The notes below the pieces were generated by a model. That model had not been told where the DNA came from. It made no database searches and saw only the letters and a list, made by a program, of their open reading frames with translations. A stretch of DNA of 36,577 nt from positions 1-36,577 of IMG/VR virus record IMGVR_UViG_3300032237_000427; one strand, 5' to 3'. The position numbers and the translations under genes are program-made. Positions 27,588 to 34,671 of this stretch are shown piece by piece (position 1 is the stretch's first letter; every line of letters begins with the position of its first letter). Origin of the DNA: a virus (lineage: Duplodnaviria > Caudoviricetes).

Positions 27588-27704
27588 CTAGGCGTATTCT
27601 AGGCTTACTTCGTCATAGCAGCCTTTGCAAACTAATGTGTAGTCGTGAAAAGTTGCTAGGGCTTGGCAGCATGGTGTCAACTTGCTTTCATCTTGTATGG
27701 ACAT
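27588..27704 (-). CDS. 38-aa Cys-rich peptide (absent from ORF track)
   Basis: GAGGAG RBS, TGATG coupling; MSIQDESKLTPCCQALATFHDYTLVCKGCYDEVSLEYA. Confidence 0.65.
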   Translation of the reverse strand: MSIQDESKLTPCCQALATFHDYTLVCKGCYDEVSLEYA

Positions 27705-28027
27705 CAGTTAGTCTCCTCGTTGGTGTCGTATCTGCCACAGTTGCGGTCGTCACATTTGCCGTATTTGGTGACGGTCATGTCCGGCGCTAGTTGTGTTAGG
27801 TCAATGCAAGCGGCGCACTCTAGGTCTGATTCGTCGCGCATGATTCGCCAAGATTCGTTGATGTCCGCGCTAGTGGCTAATTCGTAGTTGTCTAGATAGT
27901 CCGCAAGCGTGTAGGTGTCCGGTGTTAGTTGGGTGCGGTGAATGTCCTCTGCCCAATACATCGCTGCGTATTTGCGCGCCGTGTCGGTTGCGCCGTTCAT
28001 GATTGCTAGTGCGTGTTCCGGTGTCAT
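27704..28027 (-). CDS. Hypothetical protein with C-terminal Cys motifs
   Basis: GGAGAGA RBS before ATG 28027; CAAC ... CDDRNC. Confidence 0.65.
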   Translation of the reverse strand: MTPEHALAIMNGATDTARKYAAMYWAEDIHRTQLTPDTYTLADYLDNYELATSADINESWRIMRDESDLECAACIDLTQLAPDMTVTKYGKCDDRNCGRYDTNEETN

Positions 28028-28089
28028 GTTGTCTCTCCCAACGATTGCGCCGTGTTGCGCTAGGACATAGTGAAACATGATTCACGGAT

Positions 28090-28136
28090 AAAAGCAAGCG
28101 CGCCCGGTGTCCGTGTCGGAACAAGCCGGGCGCGCT
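28090..28136 (-). terminator. Rho-independent terminator
   Basis: 11-bp stem AGCGCGCCCGG/CCGGGCGCGCT followed by UGCUUUU. Confidence 0.7.
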
Positions 28137-28151
28137 CGATTTGTGATTCTC

Positions 28152-28286
28152 TCAGAGAGTCGCACCCCCCCATAGGTTCACGGTCAAAAGCCACCACAAG
28201 CCACGCGCTAGCCAATAGGCCAAGGTCAAGCTGCCAATGCTTGCCAGGGTGAGGAGTACGCGCTGACCGCGCTTGGTCAGTTTCAT
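28152..28286 (-). CDS. 44-aa single-pass membrane peptide (absent from ORF track)
   Basis: AGGAGAGA RBS; MKLTKRGQRVLLTLASIGSLTLAYWLARGLWWLLTVNLWGGATL. Confidence 0.7.
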   Translation of the reverse strand: MKLTKRGQRVLLTLASIGSLTLAYWLARGLWWLLTVNLWGGATL

Positions 28287-28453
28287 GCTTTCTCTCCTAA
28301 ATCATGCGCCACGGGTGCGGCGCTTGGTGTAATAGTGACAGATTTATCGGTGATTAGCAAGGGCACGCGCGGCGCGTGTTGCGTGATTCCAGCCGCGCGA
28401 ATAGCCGTGTAGGTGCGCTAGCAGACATGCTGCCGCGCTTAGTAGGGCTAGTG

Positions 28454-28759
28454 TCATGGTGTGACCTGTGGCCCATGTTCGGCTTGCATGGTGTCGTGAG
28501 AGTCGCACACCTCACGCCAAATAGCGTCGTCCCCGCTAGCGTCCGGGTCAATCCATGCCCCGCTATCGTCGCGTTCAATTTGTCGGTGACAGTGACGGCA
28601 GAGTAGGCGCTCGCGTAGAATGTCGCGCGGCGGTACGGGTGGCGCGGTTGGTGGCACCGTGTCGCGGTGGGCTTCACAAGCACCCGAAACCACGGCGAAT
28701 GATAGGCGGTTAGCGCTAGCGCAGGCTAGGCACACGGTCACAAGGCGGTCAGTGTTCAT
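28454..28759 (-). CDS. Cys/His-rich hypothetical protein
   Basis: ATGA coupling; CLAC, CEAH, CRHC motifs. Confidence 0.6.
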   Translation of the reverse strand: MNTDRLVTVCLACASANRLSFAVVSGACEAHRDTVPPTAPPVPPRDILRERLLCRHCHRQIERDDSGAWIDPDASGDDAIWREVCDSHDTMQAEHGPQVTP

Positions 28760-28947
28760 AAGGCACACCCGCAAGGAACGCCCGCGAAAGTCCCGCAAAC
28801 CTCGCACGGGCTTAGGTCGCTGTCCTCTAAAAATGCGGCGGTGGTTGCCTCCATGACTCGCACGAACTGCGCGAACTCGTCCGGGGTCAATGCGTAACCG
28901 GCGCTAGCCAACCCGTCACGGCTCCATGAAATAGTGTCGCGGCTCAT
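28756..28947 (-). CDS. Small hypothetical protein with C-terminal CxxC..CxC
   Basis: ATGA coupling at both ends; CEVC..CGC. Confidence 0.6.
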   Translation of the reverse strand: MSRDTISWSRDGLASAGYALTPDEFAQFVRVMEATTAAFLEDSDLSPCEVCGTFAGVPCGCAL

Positions 28948-29516
28948 GCGGTCACGCCCAAGCAACCCGGGCGGCACGATTCACCGGCAGGTGCGTCGCA
29001 CGATTCGCACGCCTTGTACATCCACGGGTCACCCCACACGCAGCAACCGTGACAAACACAAGCCGCAACCGCCAACCGTGCCGCTTCGACACCAATCTTC
29101 GATTTCAACAAGCGTTCAGATTCGATACGGCTAAGCGGTTTCCCTTCATAATCCTGGACTGGGATACCGTCGGCGGTCGCGTTCAATGTTGCCACAAGCG
29201 AACCAAACCGGCACCACACGCTAACCGCGTAGGCGCGCCCATCAGACACATCAAACCCTGCGCCCTTAGATTCACGCACCATGAAACCCCAAGGCGCGTA
29301 TGGCTCGCCGTCATGCATGATTGACCAACCCAACACACGCGAGCGGAAAAAACTGCGCGTCCCGTTGTCGAAATAGTGCGATCCCATGTGCCGGGCCGCT
29401 TGCATTACTGCGTATTCCGTAGCGCCGGGATAAAGATCCGGAACCCAACCTCGGCACCCGTTACAGGTGCAAGGGAAAGCGGCGCGCGGTTCGCGTCCGT
29501 TTCGAATGTCTGGCAT
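28944..29516 (-). CDS. Cys-rich hypothetical protein
   Basis: GGAGAGA RBS; GSHYFDNGTRSFFRSRV core; CTCNGC, CVCHGC, CESC motifs. Confidence 0.7.
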   Translation of the reverse strand: MPDIRNGREPRAAFPCTCNGCRGWVPDLYPGATEYAVMQAARHMGSHYFDNGTRSFFRSRVLGWSIMHDGEPYAPWGFMVRESKGAGFDVSDGRAYAVSVWCRFGSLVATLNATADGIPVQDYEGKPLSRIESERLLKSKIGVEAARLAVAACVCHGCCVWGDPWMYKACESCDAPAGESCRPGCLGVTA

Positions 29517-29599
29517 GTTGATTCTCTCCAAATCTGCCCGAACCTTTCAGGCATGAACACATCAAAACACACAACCCGAAAAAAAGCAAGCACCAAAAC

Positions 29600-29647
29600 A
29601 AAAAAAGTCCCGGCGCTAGTGGACATAGGGAACACCAACACCGGGAC
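29600..29647 (-). terminator. Rho-independent terminator
   Basis: 15-bp stem with three G-U pairs on minus, loop UUCCCUAUGUC, followed by U7. Confidence 0.8.
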
Positions 29648-29716
29648 ACAAGACCGCGCCATGATCCGGCGCAAGCCCTGGCAACCGCCGCGAGCTGCAC
29701 CCAAAACCTAACACAC

Positions 29717-29759
29717 AAAAAAGAACCCCCGGCACCGGGGAGAGAACCGGCACCGGGGG
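29717..29759 (-). terminator. Rho-independent terminator with anti-SD loop
   Basis: 13-bp stem CCCCCGGUGCCGG/CCGGUGCCGGGGG, loop UUCUCUCC, then UUC and a U-run. Confidence 0.8.
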
Positions 29760-29803
29760 CTAGCCCAACCCTGCTCGCTGGGGGAGAAGGCAGGGTGGGA
29801 ACC

Positions 29804-30115
29804 TTAGTCTAGCGCGTGCTTGTCGTAAGGACGTTCATCAGGGTAGCGGTTTTGCTTAGGGAATACAAACTTTGTGTTTTTTGGGCGGGTGGGAACTTTC
29901 GTTGGTTTGATGATTGCTGCCGTGATTTTTTCCAACAGTTCCAATGCTTCATCACGACTCAAAGTGAGAGTGAAACTGCTCATGCGCTGCAAATCGTAAA
30001 CATCGTCCGGGTTCCATTGAAGGACTTTGGATTCAATGACGATTTCGCTGTGATTGTTTTTACGCACATCGAGTTCTAGTGAATCTCCGTGCATGTTTTG
30101 CCAGATGGTTGCCAT
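29804..30115 (-). CDS. Hypothetical protein
   Basis: AAGGAGG RBS; has its own consensus promoter. Confidence 0.75.
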   Translation of the reverse strand: MATIWQNMHGDSLELDVRKNNHSEIVIESKVLQWNPDDVYDLQRMSSFTLTLSRDEALELLEKITAAIIKPTKVPTRPKNTKFVFPKQNRYPDERPYDKHALD

Positions 30116-30146
30116 CTGATGCCTCCTTATTGCTTGGTTGGGTGGG

Positions 30147-30176
30147 ACTTTACAGGCCAGTCAAACCTGTTGTCAA
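30147..30176 (-). promoter_or_regulatory. SigA/sigma70-type promoter
   Basis: TTGACA-18 nt-TAAAGT. Confidence 0.7.
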
Positions 30177-30177
30177 G

Positions 30178-30387
30178 TCAAAAACCGGGTGTGTCGGATT
30201 CTTCTTCCTCTTCTTCTTCCTCAACCTCAACATCAAGCGGTGACCAACCCGCCTGCTTCAACTCAACCACAGTAGCAGTCAAAAGTTCTTTCGCCCGGTT
30301 AGTAACATCATTAGAACAATCAGGGTAAGTGCCGTCAGTTTCAAGCCTGACTTCAAGCTGACCCATTTGAACTACAACCCGGAACAT
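30178..30387 (-). CDS. Small protein with acidic C-terminus
   Basis: YPD...D..NRA core and poly-Glu tail; TAGAAT 6 nt upstream suggests a leaderless transcript. Confidence 0.7.
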   Translation of the reverse strand: MFRVVVQMGQLEVRLETDGTYPDCSNDVTNRAKELLTATVVELKQAGWSPLDVEVEEEEEEEESDTPGF

Positions 30388-30404
30388 GATCTAATTCTAC
30401 CGCC

Positions 30405-30830
30405 CTAATACCAGCCGTGCTGGTAATGGTGCCGTAGCGCTCGACATGGCGTGTCGTAGCGGTGGGCAATGTAAGTCAAGCCACGCCTGATTTGTTCCCT
30501 GGTTGGGGTTTTGGGATCTAAACCAAGAATTTGTGGAATGCCACCTGCTCCGCTGTGCTTGTTTAGCGCTTGGGGTCGGAAGTTGGATTCCCTAGTCCAC
30601 AACCGCAACAAACACCTGACTTGCTTTTCAGGCATTCCGCTAGCCATGCTGATAGTCAACATGCGAGCTGCGCTAGGAGAACGGTCACGGGACGCGCGTG
30701 GCGTGGAGACGACGGGAATCGAACCCGTGTGCCGCACCGTACCCACATGGGGTCTTTCGATACGGTCGAAACTTTCCGCCCCCCACGACAAATGTACCGC
30801 CACAAGCAACAACACACACGCGCTACGCAT
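30405..30830 (-). CDS. Secreted lytic transglycosylase (SLT/lysozyme-like fold)
   Basis: Signal peptide MRSACVLLLVAVHLSWG; CL..LW.RESN....A.N..SGA.GIPQ with catalytic Glu; GLTYI..RY..PC.A...GWY. Confidence 0.85.
   Translation of the reverse strand: MRSACVLLLVAVHLSWGAESFDRIERPHVGTVRHTGSIPVVSTPRASRDRSPSAARMLTISMASGMPEKQVRCLLRLWTRESNFRPQALNKHSGAGGIPQILGLDPKTPTREQIRRGLTYIAHRYDTPCRALRHHYQHGWY
30704..30783 (-). ncRNA. Minimal tmRNA-like RNA: tRNA-like domain only, no mRNA-like domain
   Basis: Acceptor stem GGGGGCG/CGUCUCC-A with G3:U; stemless D-loop GAAAGUUUCGA; 8-bp helix CCGUAUCG/CGGUGCGG capped by ACCC/GGGU; T-arm ACGGG-UUCGAUU-CCCGU. Confidence 0.85.
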
Positions 30831-31011
30831 CCCCACCGCCCAACTCAATCATGTCCAGCACGATTCTTCTGCGCTGCTCGTTAGGTTCTGGGCCAATCCA
30901 CGCCCATTGTTGCGGTGTGATTTTGTGAATGTCTTTGTTGATTCGACAAATGCGGCAGAAGTCTCGGTGTGAGGCTTTCCACTGGCCGCATTCAGGGCAT
31001 TCGTTTGGCAT
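30823..31011 (-). CDS. Small Cys-rich hypothetical protein
   Basis: CPEC..CRIC; overlaps both neighbours. Confidence 0.55.
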   Translation of the reverse strand: MPNECPECGQWKASHRDFCRICRINKDIHKITPQQWAWIGPEPNEQRRRIVLDMIELGGGDA

Positions 31012-31309
31012 TAAATCCGCCTAACAGGTTAGCGAAAAACATGTCACCGGCAATCGGTTTAGGTGTGATGCCGAGTTTGCGTCGGTTCGCGGTCAGTGAG
31101 CGTTCCGTCATGCCACCCCACACGCCTTCAACATTGTGATGCAGCGCATAGTCAGCGCAATCATTCAACAAAGGGCAACCGGAACATACGGCTGTGACAG
31201 CGATTTGCATTTTGTGGTCATCAGAAAAAAACCAGTCCGGGTCAAGTCCGGGATCGTTACAGGCTTGGGTTCCATCTTGCCAAGCCAACTCTGGTGAAGT
31301 GATAATCAT
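30992..31309 (-). CDS. whiB: WhiB family transcription factor
   Basis: Four Cys (AC..PDWFF..VCSGCP...C) and GVWGG.TER; GGAGG RBS before ATG 31309. Confidence 0.92.
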   Translation of the reverse strand: MIITSPELAWQDGTQACNDPGLDPDWFFSDDHKMQIAVTAVCSGCPLLNDCADYALHHNVEGVWGGMTERSLTANRRKLGITPKPIAGDMFFANLLGGFNAKRMP

Positions 31310-31367
31310 TTGCGCCTCCGAAAATAGTTGATGTGAATTGCCGCGCCACACGACACGATGATGAAAG

Positions 31368-31676
31368 TCAGCCACGCCATGCTTCCTCCGAATGGTGGCG
31401 GCGTGAACACTCCTTAGCTTGCATAGAAGTCTGATAACCGAAACCACAATCCGGGCACACACTTTGCTCATCAACAACAATCACATCGCGTTGCCAGCGA
31501 AATCCAACCAAAGTTGGTTCGCCGGTTGGATGTTGAAGAATGTCAATGAGAGTTGCGGTGCAGGCTTGCGCTAGGCAAATGTGGCAGTTGTCTAAACCGT
31601 GTGGGCATGAATCATCTTGATTGCGCCAAAACTCGACGGTCTGCAACATGCGTGCAAGAACATCTTGCCGGGTCAT
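31368..31676 (-). CDS. Hypothetical protein
   Basis: ATGA coupling; CPHG..CHIC and CPDC motifs. Confidence 0.6.
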   Translation of the reverse strand: MTRQDVLARMLQTVEFWRNQDDSCPHGLDNCHICLAQACTATLIDILQHPTGEPTLVGFRWQRDVIVVDEQSVCPDCGFGYQTSMQAKECSRRHHSEEAWRG

Positions 31677-31828
31677 TTCTCACCACCGATAAGTTTTTCC
31701 ACAAGTGTAAGTGCTTCTTGTGCAATCGTGTTATCGGGGTTTTTGGCTAGTTCACGCAACACGACCATCGCGTTGTGTAAAACCAGTCCGTCACACACAG
31801 TTTTGCTTGATGAACCAAGATCCAACAT
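31673..31828 (-). CDS. 51-aa hypothetical protein (absent from ORF track)
   Basis: GGAGG RBS, upstream TACTGT -10, ATGA coupling; MLDLGSSSKTVCDGLVLHNAMVVLREL... Confidence 0.6.
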   Translation of the reverse strand: MLDLGSSSKTVCDGLVLHNAMVVLRELAKNPDNTIAQEALTLVEKLIGGEK

Positions 31829-31863
31829 GTGCGCCTCCAATCTGTCAGGAGACAGTATCGGGG

Positions 31864-32139
31864 CTACTTGCTGGGTTTGTCAAGCGTTTCAATCAGCGTG
31901 TCTAAAACTTGTAGCGTGTCGCTGATGAGTGTTAAATTGTCGTTGGCTACCGCGAGTTGTTCGTTGTAGTCACGGTTAGGCAACTGGGTGAGCATGTCGC
32001 GTGAGCGTTGCACTTCATAGCCTTTGAGGATGAGTGCTTCACGCTCGGCCTTCAAATGGTTCAAGTGGTATTCGGTTGTGACTGCGCTGATGAAATCTGG
32101 TTCGGTTGGGTTGTGTACCCATGCCGGGTCGAGTGTCAC
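31864..32139 (-). CDS. Coiled-coil hypothetical protein
   Basis: GTG overlaps the holin stop; helical heptad pattern. Confidence 0.6.
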   Translation of the reverse strand: MTLDPAWVHNPTEPDFISAVTTEYHLNHLKAEREALILKGYEVQRSRDMLTQLPNRDYNEQLAVANDNLTLISDTLQVLDTLIETLDKPSK

Positions 32140-32342
32140 TTTTTGATTCCCCAGCGGTGATCGGTTGGGTCGAGTGCTGTGACGATTGGGGGAAGGGTGG
32201 CGGCGAGTGCTGCTGCGAGCCATGTTTTGCCTTCGGTTGCGCTGATGTTGAAAATGTTTGCGCCGTCAGCCAGGAATAGTGACAGCAGGGTTGCCAAAAA
32301 AACCTTGCCGTAGGACTTGGCGATTGCGGTGATGTTGGTCAT
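32136..32342 (-). CDS. Holin (r1t-like)
   Basis: Two hydrophobic helices; SYGKVFLA...W.AAALAA.LP....LDP.D..G. Confidence 0.75.
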   Translation of the reverse strand: MTNITAIAKSYGKVFLATLLSLFLADGANIFNISATEGKTWLAAALAATLPPIVTALDPTDHRWGIKK

Positions 32343-32349
32343 GGGTGGG

Positions 32350-32360
32350 AACCTAGCACA
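32350..32360 (-). promoter_or_regulatory. Extended -10 for a leaderless holin transcript
   Basis: TGTGC-TAGGTT 7 nt before the ATG. Confidence 0.55.
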
Positions 32361-32862
32361 CGCATTGGCTGTTGTGGCAGGTGACGCACATTCCGGCTAG
32401 TTGTTCGGCTCGACAGTTTCCACAGGGTTGTGGCTTGTCGTGAAATTGGCAGTGCTGTTGTTTATCTATGTTGTTATTACTGTTGTAACCCAACGGACTT
32501 GGGGTTTTATCCCGTGGACTTGGGGTTTTAGACCCCCCAGACTTGGGGTTTTCTTCTTCAAAACCCCAACTCATTTGGGGTTTTATTTCGGAGTTATCCA
32601 CAGCCTTGAGGAACTTAAATTCGGTTGCTTTGCCACGACCCCACCCCTGATTTGTGACGCAAATCACACCATCATCAATGAGTTTTTTGACAGTCAACCG
32701 CACAAACTCAACCGAACACCGACACTTCTTAGCCAGCGTTGCCTTCGACGCAAAAAAGAAACCCTCATCCGTAGCGAAATCAGCCATCGCTAAAAGGATC
32801 AGCAGTTCCTTTCCATCGTAAGGCGCGTCTGACCACACCCGGCTCATCAACTTGATACTCAC
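32353..32862 (-). CDS. Replication initiator with N-terminal winged HTH
   Basis: MSIKLMSRVW...LILLAMADFA..EG..F.S..TLA; repeat-encoded linker; Cys-rich tail. Confidence 0.8.
   Translation of the reverse strand: MSIKLMSRVWSDAPYDGKELLILLAMADFATDEGFFFASKATLAKKCRCSVEFVRLTVKKLIDDGVICVTNQGWGRGKATEFKFLKAVDNSEIKPQMSWGFEEENPKSGGSKTPSPRDKTPSPLGYNSNNNIDKQQHCQFHDKPQPCGNCRAEQLAGMCVTCHNSQCVC
32496..32584. repeat. Iteron-like repeats (candidate replication origin)
   Basis: GACTTGGGGTTTT at 32496, 32517 and 32540; inverted AAAACCCCAA at 32560; TTGGGGTTTT at 32575; AT-rich tract at about 32455-32490. Confidence 0.75.
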
Positions 32863-33106
32863 GCGCTACCTCCCACAGCTCGCCAACATCTGTTTTAGGC
32901 GCTGGTGGAACCCACCGGCCATTGTTTTTTACCCAACCTAGGGTGATTTCTGGGTCAGCGCATTGGATTTTTCCGGGTTGCCGGTGGCTAGCGGATACAT
33001 CGTGCGCGAAAGTTTCGTGGCAAAACACGCAATGCCATGCTGAAGCCTCCCAGACGGCTTTACAGGCTCGGCAGCGGTAGTGCGGTGGGTTACCATTAGG
33101 TTGCAT
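32780..33106 (-). CDS. Zinc-binding hypothetical protein
   Basis: CRAC..HCVFCHETF..H..C pattern. Confidence 0.6.
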   Translation of the reverse strand: MQPNGNPPHYRCRACKAVWEASAWHCVFCHETFAHDVSASHRQPGKIQCADPEITLGWVKNNGRWVPPAPKTDVGELWEVAREYQVDEPGVVRRALRWKGTADPFSDG

Positions 33107-33150
33107 GGTTCGCTCGTCTCTGTGGCGTTTAGGTGCCTTCTAGGGGCATT

Positions 33151-33498
33151 CTAGAGCAAACCCTCAAGTTCCCGCAAAAGTTTCAAGAACTGTTCTCCAG
33201 TCATGGTGACAAACCAATCCTCGGCACGACCCTTACCGCGACGCTTATGCCACACCACACCATGCTCAGCCTTAGCATTCACAACCTCTTGCGCTACCTC
33301 AGCCAACCACTCCGGCAACTTCCCACCATACGAATCATGGGCCTTCACCTCAAACACCCAACCCGGAACACCCAACACATCACCCTTGTCCAGCGCACCA
33401 GCAAGCGCTCGACGCTCCGTGTGAACAAATCCAGCTCGTTGTAGGGCGGCAACGACTTCGGATTCTGCTGCGGTGCCTTTGCGTTTCGCCTTACTCAT
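33151..33498 (-). CDS. Holliday junction resolvase (PD-(D/E)XK type)
   Basis: KRKGTAAE, ERRAL.GALDKGD, FEVK. Confidence 0.85.
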   Translation of the reverse strand: MSKAKRKGTAAESEVVAALQRAGFVHTERRALAGALDKGDVLGVPGWVFEVKAHDSYGGKLPEWLAEVAQEVVNAKAEHGVVWHKRRGKGRAEDWFVTMTGEQFLKLLRELEGLL

Positions 33499-33668
33499 GG
33501 TTTGCCACCCCATCCGTCGCCAACGAATCGCACTCCTGGCGCTGTGAATAGTCTGCGCATAGGTCGGTCACATGATGTGCAAGTTGGTTCAATGATGGCT
33601 TCTTTGATGGGGAAGGAGCGTTCTATTTTGAAGTCACAGTGATCGCAACGAAACTGATACACCGGCAT
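33495..33668 (-). CDS. FmdB-family zinc-ribbon protein (absent from ORF track)
   Basis: MPVYQFRCDHC...PTCTSC..PMRRLFTAPGVRFVGDGW; coupled at both ends. Confidence 0.85.
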   Translation of the reverse strand: MPVYQFRCDHCDFKIERSFPIKEAIIEPTCTSCDRPMRRLFTAPGVRFVGDGWGGKP

Positions 33669-33862
33669 TACTGCTCACCGTCCAACACTTGCGCAGCATC
33701 CTCAAACTCTTTCCCCAAACCAAGAATCCAATCAGCCACCTGCGCTGCATCAGGAAACTCCTCACGCACCAATTTGGACAAGTCGTAACACAAATCAATC
33801 TTCGCCGAAAACTCTTGGCGAGTCTTAGGCTCAGCCAACACAAACTCCCGCGTCACACTCAC
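33668..33862 (-). CDS. Hypothetical protein
   Basis: GGAGG RBS; coupled to both neighbours. Confidence 0.6.
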   Translation of the reverse strand: MSVTREFVLAEPKTRQEFSAKIDLCYDLSKLVREEFPDAAQVADWILGLGKEFEDAAQVLDGEQ

Positions 33863-34002
33863 TTACGCCTCCGTTTCAAACCCTCAAGTTTCATCCACTT
33901 GACGAAACCCTCACGAACAACAACCGGAACAACACCGCGCTCGGCAACCGGAATACCCATCCTCCTAGCCCAACGCCGAACCTGCTTATCAGAAGGGTGC
34001 AT
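33859..34002 (-). CDS. Stand-alone Lsr2-like DNA-binding domain (absent from ORF track)
   Basis: KQVRRWARRMGIPVAERGVVP matches the Lsr2 C-terminal pattern IR.WA..NG..V..RGRIP. Confidence 0.75.
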   Translation of the reverse strand: MHPSDKQVRRWARRMGIPVAERGVVPVVVREGFVKWMKLEGLKRRRK

Positions 34003-34411
34003 CTTCAATAATCTTTCCACCCAACTGCTGCACAACATCCTTCAACGAAGCCAAACCAGTTTGCTCACCAGCGCTACGCGAGAAACCCTTAAATCGAGAC
34101 AACGCTTTACCAACCTCGTTAGCCTCAACTTCAAGAGTGAAAGCCTCAACCCCATCCTCACGGGTATAAGAACGCTGTTTCACTTTTCCGGCAACAACAA
34201 CCCGATCACCCTTGCGCAAAGTTTCCGCAACACCCTCAGCGAGCTGACGGAAACACACAACCGAATACCAAGTCGTTGAACCGTCTTTCCAACTACCATT
34301 GTCGTTGATGCGTTCGGTCACGGCTAGCGAAAATTTGGCTACCGCAACACCATTCTGACTGAACTTGAACTCCGGGTCACGACCCAAGTTCCCAACAAGT
34401 GCTTCCACCAT
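33989..34411 (-). CDS. ssb: Single-stranded DNA-binding protein
   Basis: LVGNLGRDPE, FSLAVTER, L.KGDRVVV.G, C-terminal DAPF. Confidence 0.95.
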   Translation of the reverse strand: MVEALVGNLGRDPEFKFSQNGVAVAKFSLAVTERINDNGSWKDGSTTWYSVVCFRQLAEGVAETLRKGDRVVVAGKVKQRSYTREDGVEAFTLEVEANEVGKALSRFKGFSRSAGEQTGLASLKDVVQQLGGKIIEDAPF

Positions 34412-34671
34412 TACTCCCAACTGTTCTTCAACCATCCCTGCTCACGGGCCGCGGCAGGATTTTCAGTCACCCAACGGTGACACTCATGGCACAAAGGAAC
34501 ACAATTCTCACGATCAAGAATTGAACCCCCACGCGCCCTCGTTTTAATCTCATGCACCTCAGTAGCCTGCGCTGACTCACATCTAGCGCACACTGCACCA
34601 TCAAGAAGTTCCGCAACCAACAATCGGCGTTCCCGATAGATGGCTTGCATCTTTTTAGAACGGTGTCTCAC
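34411..34671 (-). CDS. HNH endonuclease
   Basis: CARC..EVHE..RARGG...N...LCHECH. Confidence 0.85.
   Translation of the reverse strand: MRHRSKKMQAIYRERRLLVAELLDGAVCARCESAQATEVHEIKTRARGGSILDRENCVPLCHECHRWVTENPAAAREQGWLKNSWE

Noticed and set aside
30199-30225. TTC/TCC triplet run as a contingency locus
   Set aside because: Imperfect in-frame triplets encoding poly-Glu; cannot shift the frame.
30704-30783. Canonical tRNA gene or attP site
   Set aside because: There is no D-stem or 7-nt anticodon loop. Both the 5' and 3' halves of the TLD are present, whereas an attP usually copies one end, and no integrase was seen.
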